A stretch of DNA of 64,000 nt from assembly GCA_963772895.1 (NCBI GenBank), contig CAVYZB010000010.1:39670-103669 (forward strand), written 5' to 3'. Below, piece after piece: positions 50,001 through 59,428 of this stretch. The notes under the pieces were generated by a model. It was not told the DNA's origin. It ran no database searches and worked only from the letters and a program-made list of their open reading frames with translations. A program made the position numbers and the translations under genes. This stretch comes from an uncultured Acidobacteriaceae bacterium. GTDB taxonomy: Bacteria; Acidobacteriota; Terriglobia; Terriglobales; Acidobacteriaceae. Positions within the stretch are counted from its first letter, which is position 1. Each line of letters starts with the position of its first letter.

Positions 50001-53000
50001 GCCAGGTCGGGGCGCTTGTCATATACGAATTGGATCACGTGCGCTAGGGTGGGGTAATCGCGCAACTTACGATTCTCATCGCGCGGAATGTTGTAGATCT
50101 CGCGGATGGCGGCGAACATCTCCGCTTGCTTCACGGTGTCCACACCGAGGTCGGCTTCCAGATCAAGATCGACATCCAACATGTCTTTGGGATAGCCGGT
50201 CTTTTCCACCATCAATTCGAGAATGCGTTCCTTCACGGACTCGCCAGCGCCGCTTTCGGGAGATGTCACTACAGGCGGCGCGGAGGGCTGGGTCACGACC
50301 GGCATAACAGACGCCGCTGGCTCGCTGATCGTCGGAGATGATGAAGGCGTACCGGCCAAGTCTGGCCGTTTGTCATAAACGAATTGAATCACGTGCGCCA
50401 GGGTGGGGTAATCCCGCAGCTTACGATTCTCATCGCGTGGAATGTTGTAGATTTCCCGAATCGCCGCGAACATTTCCGCCTGCTTGACGGTGTCCACACC
50501 GAGGTCGGCTTCCAGATCAAGATCAACGTCCAGCATGTCTTTCGGGTAGCCAGTTTTTTCGACCATCAGTTCGAGAATGCGTTCCTTCACTGACTCGCCA
50601 GCCCCGTTGTTAGGAGTTGCCACGGCTGGTGGTGTTGTCAGTTGGGGCGCAACCGGCGTAGTCGGGGCCGCTGGCTCGCTAGTCGTCGCAGGTGATGAAG
50701 GCGTACCGGCGAGGTCTGGCCGCTTGTCATACACGAATTGAATCACGTGCGCCAACGTAGGGTAATCGCGCAGCTTGCGATTCTCGTCGCGCGGGATGTT
50801 GTAGATCTCGCGAATTGCCGCGAACATCTCTGCCTGTTTGACCGTGTCCACACCGAGATCGGCTTCCAGATCAAGATCGACATCCAACATGTCTTGCGGA
50901 TAACCGGTCTTCTCCACCATCAAAGCAAGGATGCGCTGCTTCACGGAATTGCCAGCGCCGTCGGCCGGCGATGTTACCGGCGGCACTGCTGGTCTCGGTT
51001 GCGTCGCGACGGGAGTCGGCGCTGGTGCAGGCGCCTCGGTCGTTTTCGGCGAGGGAGGAGTACCGCCGGCCAAGTCCGGCCGCTTTTCGTACACGAACCG
51101 AATCACGTGCGCCAACGTGGGGTAATCGCGCAGCTTGCGGTTCTCGTCGCGCGGGATGTTGTAGATTTCGCGAATGGCGGCGAACATCTCCGCCTGCTTG
51201 ACCGTGTCCACGCCGAGGTCGGCTTCCAGATCAAGATCGACATCCAACATGTCTTGCGGATAACCGGTCTTCTCCACCATTAATGCAAGGATGCGTTCCT
51301 TCACCGATTCGGCGGCGCCACTCTTAGGAGGCACAGCGGGTGTCGCCGCAGGAACCTTCGTTACTTCCTTCACCGTCACTCGCGTGGCCGATGCCGTCAC
51401 GGCCGGTGTTTGTTCTTTGAGCGGTTCGGGTTTCGCCACGGGCTTTTGCGTTGCAGAGGCCGCGGGTGGGGCAGGTTGGGCCTGAACTTCGGGCTTGGAG
51501 GGCTGCTTGGGATTAGGCGCCGACACAGACGCGGAGTCTTTAGCGACTCCTGCAATCCGCGCCGCCAACCCTTGATCTGGCACCCGCAGTGTGCGATGGA
51601 CCACTTCCAACTCAGCGACCGGACGCCCCGCCATGCGGCTTAGCCAAGCGTTCCAGGCGCCCTTGTCGGCAATACGGTAGGAGTAGCCGAGCGCATTGGG
51701 ACTGCGACGAATGCCGTCCTTGGTCGGCAGCCACTTCAACAAAATCATGCTAATCTGTGAACCGAAACCGGCGCCCAAATGCATTGCGTACTGCACGGGA
51801 TAAGGGCCGCCCTTCGACAGGTTCAGGAGCCCCAGCTCGGGATCGACTTCCTTGAAGTTAGCAACGGGTGGCAGCAATCCCGTTTCCAGCGCCTTCACGG
51901 CGAGGACATCTTCAATGCCAGTCCCCATGGCGTGACCAGTCATGCCTTTGGTGTTGGCAATTACGACTTGATCCGCGCTGTCGCCGAAGATGCGACGCAG
52001 TGCATGGATCTCCGCCGAAGCGCTGCCACCACGAGCAGGGGTATAGGTCTCGTGCGACACGAAAACCATTTGCGGAGCTATTTCGTTGCGGGTAACCCCC
52101 GTGCGCGTTTCGACTCGGCTTACCAGGTCCTCCATCACCTGGCCGATGTGCTGGACATCGAGGCGAGTGCCGTGAAATGCGCTATTAGCCGTCACTGTCC
52201 CCAGCACCTCGCATATCGGCTGGATTCCGCGTTCACGGGCTGCATCCAAACTCTCAATCACGAGCGCGGCGGCGCCCATGCCCATAATCATGCCGTGCCG
52301 GCGGCGGTCGAAGGGAACAGCAGCGTCTTCCACCTTTTCATCCGTGGCTGACGTTCCGCTGGCCAAAAATCCGGCGCCCATCCATCCCATCAGGTGGTCC
52401 GAGGTGACATCGTCGGCCGAGATGACGATCACGCGGCGGCACCGTCCGGCGCGGATCCAGTCCTGTGCCAACGAAACCCCTTGAGCAGTGGTCGCGCATG
52501 CGGAATTGATTTGCGTGTTGGGACCGCGCGCGCCGATGAGCTCGGCAAACTGCGAGTGTCCCATCGACAAAACTCTCAGCAGGAAGCGCCGGTCGAAGAC
52601 GTAGTTTTCTTTCTCGATTGTGCTGCGCAACTCCTCGATGCGCCGGTCTAATTCTTGCCCCAGGTCCGAATGGCCATTCCCCGCCGCATGGAGACGCAAA
52701 CCCTCCAGCAAAGCCAACTGTTCGCGGCGCTCATGGTCTTGGTAATAGCTCCCTAATATGTCAGCGAAGGAGTCATAACCCGGGAAGGCCGAGCCGAAAA
52801 TTACGCCGGTGTCGTCACGCATAGCGTCCGGCAGTCCCCAACGGTCAGGTAACTGCGTACCTTTGGTCGTGGTCTTATAACGCATGACCAGGGGGATGCC
52901 AGCGTCACGTAGCGCGTCGATTCCCGCGCCGATCGCCAGCCGAGTAACCTGGTCGAAGGCGGCGAGGTGCTCGGTGGGAACGCCGAATTCACTTTCCAAA

Positions 53001-56000
53001 TCGAAAGCGCCCCCGCGACCTGCTAGCTTGATGACGTCCGCCACATCCGTAATGGACTCGAAAGTGGGCTCTCCCTTCTCGCTCTTAACCAAACGTCTGA
53101 TGCGCTTGTCCACCATCTCCTGGCGGAAGCGCGCGGGGATCGGAGCTGATGAATTGATCGCCGCGCAAGATGCGTTCGAGGTTGCCGTCGTCGAAGATGC
53201 GCTCGGTTCCAGGTAGACCCAGGGATGCTCCCGTGATGCCAACTTGAAGATTCGCGCTGGCAGAAGTGTCGCCGTGATGCCAGCCCGCGCGTTCCAAGGT
53301 CTCGGTCAACAAACGGCCGAGCTCGTCATATCCATGACCGTTCGAACGAGTTGCCGGTGTCGGAAAAGCAGCCGGAACGGAAGCCACCACCGGCATTGGT
53401 TTGGTCTCGTTCGCTGCCACAGAAGGCGCAGGTCTCACTGGGATATCGACCGCCACGTCGGGCCGCCCATAGCCCAATCCCGCCGCGTAAAGTCCGCACA
53501 GCGCCTGGTTGAAAGCCGGAATGTCCCCGAATTTGGGATGGTTCGTGAACAGCGAAACTACGTCGCCGCGATTGCCAAGCACTTCTTCGGCAAATCCCTG
53601 CAACGCCTTCTTCGGCCCCACTTCAACGAAGATTCGCGCGCCCGCATCGTAGAGCGTGTTCAAGCCTTTCACGAACTGTACCGGCGAAGCGACCTGCTGC
53701 GCGAGAAGCTCCAGCATCTGCGGGACAACATCAGGTCCGTTGGGATAAAACTCGCCATTTACGTTGGCGACCACTGGCACAAGAGGTGGCCGTACGTTCA
53801 GGTGCGATAGCATTTCGCGTAGAGGCTCACTGGCAGGAGCCACAATCGAGGTGTGGAAGGCGTGGCTCACCGGCAAGGGGGCCACGTCGTACCCAGCTTG
53901 CAGGAAGATCTGTATGGCTTGTTCGACTGCCTGGCTGGCGCCGCCGATGACCGACTGCTGACCGCTGTTCACGTTGGCGATCACAACATAGCCGTCAATG
54001 GTCTTCAGGATTCGCTCGACTTCAGCAAGCGGCGCAAAGACCGCCGCCATCTTTCCGGTATCTTTCACGGCCACTTTCGTCATGCCCCGACCGCGGGCGC
54101 TGACTGCCGACAATGCGTCCTCGAAGGTGAGCGAGCCCGACGCGACTAAGGCGCCGTATTCGCCCAAGCTGTGTCCCATGGTCATGTCAGGCTGGATGCC
54201 GTAAGCGTCCAACAGCCGGGTCAGCGCGAGGTCGATCGTCAGCACGGTGGGCTGAGTAATCTCGGTCTGGCGCAGATCTTCTTCCGCTTTCGCAACAGCG
54301 TCCGGGTTAGTTTTGTCCACGAAGACAAACTCGCTCAATGGCTTGCCGAGCAGCGGAGTCATGATGCGGTCCGCTTCGGCAAACGTCTTGGCTACGATTG
54401 GTTCGGCAGCGCGGAGAGGCTCCAGCATGTTGACGTACTGCGAGCCTTGCCCGGTGTACAGGAACGCCACTTTGCCGGCAGTACCGCTTCCACGGAAGAT
54501 ACCTTGTGGACGCAGGGCCTTCCAGATGGGAGGTTGATTGGCTTTCAGCGCCTTCAGCGCCTTGGCCGACTTGTCGGCCAGGTCAGCGGCATCGGCGTAG
54601 TCAATCGCCAGCCGTTCCGGAGCTCTCAGGTCCGATTCCGCTGGAGCCGTTGGTGCTGGTGCACGACCTGCCGCAGCGTCTTTTTGTACTGCCTGCAGCC
54701 GATTGGCGAGTTCTGCCTCCGACGCCGCGCCGATCACCAGTGCGCCGCGTAACGGAGCTTTGCCGGAGACGGCCTCGACTGATGGAACCACAGCGGTTGC
54801 CACAGGTACAACAGCCGCCACGCTGACCGTCTGCTGCGCCACAACTGGCGATGGCGCGGTGACTGCTACCGAATGCTTGCCATTTCCGTTAAGCTTGCCG
54901 GGTATGTACTCTTCGAGGACGGCGTGGAAGTTGGTGCCGCCAAAGCCGAAGGCGCTGAGCCCGACTCGCCGCGTGCCATCCGCGGGGACCGTCCACGGTC
55001 GCAACTCGGTGTTGACATACAGAGGGGAGCGAGCAAAGTCAATGGCCGGGTTGGGATGTTTGAAATTCAGGCTGGGCGGCAACATCTTATCGCGCAGCGC
55101 CAGCGTTGCTTTCAGCAATCCAGCCGCGCCCGCGGCTCCTTTCAGATGCCCAATGTTCGATTTAACAGAGCCCAGTGCCACCGACCCGGCGGGGAGATTC
55201 AAATTGCCGAACACATCGGCCATGCTTTGCAATTCAATCGCGTCGCCCACGCTGGTCGACGTGCCATGGCCTTCCATCAACGTACCGGCGGTCGGAGATA
55301 ACCCGGCATTTTGCCAGCCTCGCTCGATAGCCAGCTTTTGACCAATCGGGTTGGGCGCCGTAATTCCCTTTTCCCTTGCCGTCGCTGGCACCGCCGATAC
55401 CGCGCAGCACGGCGTAGATCTTGTCCCCATCGTGCTCGGCATCGGCCAAGCGCTTGAGCAAAAAGATCGCCGCGCCTTCGCCCATTACGAAACCATCGGC
55501 TCCCTCCGCGTAGGGACGGCTATCGATCGCCGAGAGCGCCCCGATCTTGCAAAACTTAACGAAGGTGGGGGCTCCCATGTTGCGATCGATCCCGCCGCAG
55601 ACCGCCACGTCAAAGTCATTCGCCACTAGCCCTTCGACCGCCGAACTGATGGCCGCCATTGCCGATGCACACGCTGCATCGCACACATAATTGGGCCCGT
55701 GAAAGTTGTAGATATTTGCAATGCGGCCGGCAATGCAGTTGGCCAATTCGCCGGGCATGCTGTCTTCTGTAATTTCAGGGAGGAGCTTGGCCATGCGGTC
55801 GTGCAATTCGCGCGTGATGTCTCGACGTGCTCCCGCCGGCAACGCGGCGAAGGTGGCGCTATCCGCCAACTCACGAGCGTATTCCGGAAAGTGCACGCGC
55901 AATGAGGTGAGGTAATGTCTTTCTCCAGCCATGGCATTGCCTAGAATCACTGCAGTGCGATCAAGATTCAGCGGCCGCTTAGGATAGCCATAGTCTTCCA

Positions 56001-56319
56001 ACGCTTCGCGGGTAGACGCGATGGCCCATTTTTGGGCAACGTCCATGGCATCGACTACGCGGGGCGGGATAGGCAGGTGCCATTTCATGGGCTCCCACAC
56101 GTATTCCCGCACCCAGCCACCAATCTTCGAGTAGGTCTTGTCGGGCGCGCTGTGATCGGAATCGTAATAAAGCGCCGGGTCCCAACGGTCGGATGGAACC
56201 TCGCTGATGCTGTAACGGCTGTTCTTCACGTTTTCCCAGAAAGCCGGTACGTTCACGGCATCGGGTAGAACTGCCCCTGCGCCCACAATCGCAATGGCAC
56301 GATGAGCGGTGTTTTCCAT
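47084..56319 (-). CDS. PUFA-synthase (PfaA)-like type I megasynthase, KS - AT - KS - 5xACP - KR - PS-DH; two 1-nt frame disruptions as sequenced (about 55362-55378 and about 53135-53160)
   Basis: KS1 (56319 to about 55000) has ...[11 protein letters not shown]..., ...[12 protein letters not shown]... and ...[13 protein letters not shown].... AT (about 54500-53600) has ...[10 protein letters not shown]... and ...[11 protein letters not shown].... KS2 (about 53230-51700) has ...[12 protein letters not shown]..., ...[11 protein letters not shown]... and ...[11 protein letters not shown].... Five ACP-like repeats lie at 51310-49691. KR (about 49400-48100) has ...[15 protein letters not shown]...YSSANDLL.... 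DH (about 47950-47084) has ...[14 protein letters not shown].... The total is 9236 nt (3n+2). Confidence 0.9.
49691..51310 (-). repeat. five tandem carrier-protein (ACP-like) coding repeats inside the megasynthase
   Basis: Equivalent CATGTC positions lie at 51248, 50888, 50534, 50180 and 49856, giving periods of 360, 354, 354 and 324 nt. The core unit is EKTGYP(Q/K)DMLD(V/L)DLDLEADLG(V/I)[13 protein letters not shown].... Pro/Ala/Thr-rich linkers sit between the units. Confidence 0.9.
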
Positions 56320-56575
56320 GTCTGGTCACTTCCTTTGGAACATTCTTTTGACTCGAACGAAAATGGTGGCTATCGGGCGACGAAAAGCAGGCGTTCGGAG
56401 ATTGGGGCCTGTCTCACTCTTTCCCACGCGGGGAGTGACGATCCACTCTCACGGCCTGGATGACCCGGGTGCGCCCGAGAGCATCCCTACTGTGACAGGG
56501 GGCCTATATCTGTGTCAGTGATGTAACGTTGGGGGCTCGGTGATGCAGGCCACACGGGAGGGTGATACGTCGCGA

Positions 56576-56660
56576 GTTACACTCTTTTGCATTATGAGTT
56601 ACAACATATACATTACGTATTACAACACGTATATTACGTGTTGCAACGTTAATTGTTGGA
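56576..56660 (-). promoter_or_regulatory. AT-rich block with nested palindromes upstream of the megasynthase operon (candidate promoter/operator)
   Basis: An inverted repeat TACAACACGTA (56621-56631) - TAT - TACGTGTTGCA (56635-45) matches at 10 of 11 positions. TTACAAC occurs at 56599-605 and 56620-626. Palindromes are GTTGCAAC (56640-47) and TACGTA (56614-19). This is the only AT-rich stretch in the 417-nt gap, about 260-340 nt upstream of the ATG at 56319. Confidence 0.4.
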
Positions 56661-56684
56661 TAGGGCCGGACCAAAGCACACACC

Positions 56685-56717
56685 ACAGGCATCCGATTCG
56701 CAAAAGCGGATGCCTGT
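56685..56717 (-). terminator. hairpin immediately after the acyl-CoA dehydrogenase stop (probable terminator of the ACAD-ETF operon)
   Basis: A perfect 11-bp stem ACAGGCATCCG (56685-95) pairs with CGGATGCCTGT (56707-17) around an 11-nt loop. The T-tract is better on the plus strand (ATTTGTTTCTG) than on the minus strand. Confidence 0.45.
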
Positions 56718-56736
56718 ATTTGTTTCTGTCCCACGC

Positions 56737-58422
56737 TTAAGCCAGGACGGGTTGTTCCACTTCTTTCTTCACCCGGCTATAGAGCACGTCGGCAACGTAA
56801 TCCATGTCTGAAACCACGCCGGCTTGTGCGCGGTGGATGGCTGACAATCCCAAATCAACTTCGAACCCTGCCATCTCCGCGTCGCTGACGCCACCCGCTC
56901 CGGTCACCCAACGCAAACCCTCTTCGCCTACTTTGAGGGCCGCCTCGCGGGCGAAGATCCGGCTGATGGCCGCCAGCGCGGTCGGGTCGAAGCGGTCGTT
57001 CGCCTTCTCGTGAAGCCTGCCGTCCGCAGCCAGCGCAGCCCGGCGGGCCAGCGTGGCAGCGCATTCGGCATATGCAATCCATTCGCCGACGCGCAGCAGA
57101 ATGTGCTGGAAGCGGGTAAGCCGATGCACGCGCGCCTTCTCCATGACCTCAGCCAAGGCGTGCAGCGCCAGGGCCGCTACATCTGCGCCGACATTGGGAT
57201 GTGCGGCATGCAGCGCCTCGACCTCGCGCGCCCGATCATGATAGTGCTGTCCGCGCGTCTTCAGGTGGAGCTGCCACCGATCGCGGCTGATCGTCATCTC
57301 CATGATCTCCGACGTGCCCTCGTAGATACGGGTGATGCGCACGTCGCGGCTGACCTTCTCGACCACGTATTCATGGGTGTAGCCGTAGCCGCCCAGCGCC
57401 TGAATACTGGCGTCGGCGGCGGCATCTCCGGCTTCGGTGGACATGTACTTGGCGATGGCGCCTTCGGTGTTGAGGCTGCCCTCGTTGCCGGCGTCGATGC
57501 GTTGTGCCGTCTCCTCTATAAAAGCGCGGCCAGCTTCCAGCTTCACCACGTTGGGCACGATCAGCTTGTGGGTGTAGCCCTGCTTCTCCGAGAGCGGCGT
57601 GCCGCCCTGGATTCGCTTGGTGGAATAAGGGATGGCGCGGTCCAGCGCGGACCAACCAGCGCCCAGTCCGAAGGCCGCGACCATCACCCGGGTGTAACCG
57701 AAGACCAGCTGGGCCTGGATAAGTCCCTGGCCTTCTACGCCACCGACAAGCCGGTCGGCATCGACGTAAACGTCGTTGAGCGCCAGCGCTGCCGTGTTGC
57801 TCAGACGAATGCCGTGCTTGTCCTCAGGCTTATCGTGAGCAAAACCTTTGGTGCCCGCGTCCACGATGAACCAGCTTGGCCCAGCGGGCGTATTGGCCAG
57901 GATGGTGCAATAGTCGGCAATTCCGCCGTTGCTGATCCACTGCTTGCTGCCATTGATCTTGTACCCAACGATCTTGCCGTCTTTTTCGACGCGGTCGGCG
58001 GTCGTCTTCAGCGCGCCCAGGTCACTGCCCGCTTCCGGTTCGGTCGCGCCGTAGGCAAACAGAACGCCTTCGTCGGCGATCTTGCCTAGCCACTTCTTTT
58101 TTTGCTCTTCAGTGGCACCGAATGTTATGGGATCGCTGCCCAGGAATGTAGCGAACAGCGAGGTGGCAACGCCCAGGTCGATGCGCGCCATCTGCTCGCA
58201 TATGAGATAGACGTCCATGGTACTGCCGCCCATGCCGCCGTACTCTTCCGGAATGAACAACAGCTGTATGCCCAATTTGTCTGGGTCAGACATTTGCCGA
58301 ACGATCTCCACCGGGCATTCATCGCGTTCATCCAATGCGATCAGCTCTTCATCAGGCAGGCGCTTCTTCGCGAAGTCCCGGAGCGATTTCAAACTTAGCT
58401 GCAATGTCTTCTTGGTAATCAT
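56737..58422 (-). CDS. acyl-CoA dehydrogenase with C-terminal extension
   Basis: ATG at 58422 follows GAGAGG and avoids overlap with etfA. The protein has ...FIPEEYGGMGG..., ...YGATEPEAGSDLGALKTTA... and ...RIYEGTSEIM..., plus an extra C-terminal helical domain of about 170 aa. Confidence 0.85.
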   Translation of the reverse strand: MITKKTLQLSLKSLRDFAKKRLPDEELIALDERDECPVEIVRQMSDPDKLGIQLLFIPEEYGGMGGSTMDVYLICEQMARIDLGVATSLFATFLGSDPITFGATEEQKKKWLGKIADEGVLFAYGATEPEAGSDLGALKTTADRVEKDGKIVGYKINGSKQWISNGGIADYCTILANTPAGPSWFIVDAGTKGFAHDKPEDKHGIRLSNTAALALNDVYVDADRLVGGVEGQGLIQAQLVFGYTRVMVAAFGLGAGWSALDRAIPYSTKRIQGGTPLSEKQGYTHKLIVPNVVKLEAGRAFIEETAQRIDAGNEGSLNTEGAIAKYMSTEAGDAAADASIQALGGYGYTHEYVVEKVSRDVRITRIYEGTSEIMEMTISRDRWQLHLKTRGQHYHDRAREVEALHAAHPNVGADVAALALHALAEVMEKARVHRLTRFQHILLRVGEWIAYAECAATLARRAALAADGRLHEKANDRFDPTALAAISRIFAREAALKVGEEGLRWVTGAGGVSDAEMAGFEVDLGLSAIHRAQAGVVSDMDYVADVLYSRVKKEVEQPVLA

Positions 58423-58444
58423 TGTCGGTGCCTCTCTTTGCTTC

Positions 58445-59428
58445 TTAGACCGAAACCGGTTTCGTTTCACGGACCTTGCTGGTCAACTCCGGCAGGAACT
58501 CCAGGATGTCGTCCACAATTCCGATATCTGCCACTTGAAAGATCGGGGCCTTCGGATTCTTGTTAATAGCGACGATGAAGGGATTGCCTTTAAGTCCGGC
58601 CAGATGTTGGAAGGAGCCGCTGATGCCACATGCCATGTAAACCTTGGGCTTGACGGTCTTTCCAGACGAGCCTACTTGTCGGGATTTCGGCAGCCACTTG
58701 GCGTCGACCACCGGCCGCGAGCAACTCACTGCCGCGCCTAGCGTCTCGGCCAACTCCTCAGCAATGGCGATGTTGTCCTTTTCCTGAATGCCACGGCCGA
58801 CCGAAACGAGGACAGCGTGCTTGGTGATGTCCACATCGCCTGCCTCGGCAACGATCGTCTCGAGATAACGTCGGCCAGATGTCAGCGCGCCAACGTCTGC
58901 CGACTTGTCAATGGCGACACCGTTGATGGGAGCGCCTTCCTGCGGTTTGAATGCGCCGGGACGCAGATTAAGGACTGCTCCGGCTGATGCATCGCACCGG
59001 ACATGAGCGCTCACCTGTCCACCAAACTCCTGGCGGACGAGTTTGAGCGCAGCACCGTCAACCCCGTCAATGCCGATTACATCGGGCACATATGCCGCAT
59101 TCATCTTGATGGCCAGACCCGGTGACAGATCGATTCCAAAATGAGAGTGAGAGACCAGCACGATGCCATCGTGGGGCAGGACATTCAGCAGAGCTTTGCG
59201 GACCAGCTCAGCATTGGGGTAAGCAAGTGCCTGGTTCGCGATTTTCCATACCTCGGCGTACGAGCCACGCAGGGTTTCGCAAACGGCGTCAAGTTCCGCG
59301 CCCCAACCGGTGACTACCGCGACCGGTGATGCCGCCGCGTCGATCTTTTTTGCAGCGGCTATGAGTTCGGCCGCTGAATCGTCGGCAATGCCGCCCTTAT
59401 GTGCGATGTAGGCGAAGATGCGTGCCAT
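58445..59428 (-). CDS. etfA: electron transfer flavoprotein subunit alpha
   Basis: Carries ...VLVSVGRGI...AEELAETLGAAVSCSRPVVDAKW...QVGSSGKTVKPKVYMACGISGSFQHLAG... Its start overlaps the etfB stop (TAATG). Confidence 0.9.
   Translation of the reverse strand: MARIFAYIAHKGGIADDSAAELIAAAKKIDAAASPVAVVTGWGAELDAVCETLRGSYAEVWKIANQALAYPNAELVRKALLNVLPHDGIVLVSHSHFGIDLSPGLAIKMNAAYVPDVIGIDGVDGAALKLVRQEFGGQVSAHVRCDASAGAVLNLRPGAFKPQEGAPINGVAIDKSADVGALTSGRRYLETIVAEAGDVDITKHAVLVSVGRGIQEKDNIAIAEELAETLGAAVSCSRPVVDAKWLPKSRQVGSSGKTVKPKVYMACGISGSFQHLAGLKGNPFIVAINKNPKAPIFQVADIGIVDDILEFLPELTSKVRETKPVSV

Noticed and set aside
49691-51310. The tandem repeats of about 354 nt as a mobile element, satellite or CRISPR-like structure.
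   Set aside because: They are in frame inside the megasynthase and encode ACP-like domains separated by Pro/Ala linkers.
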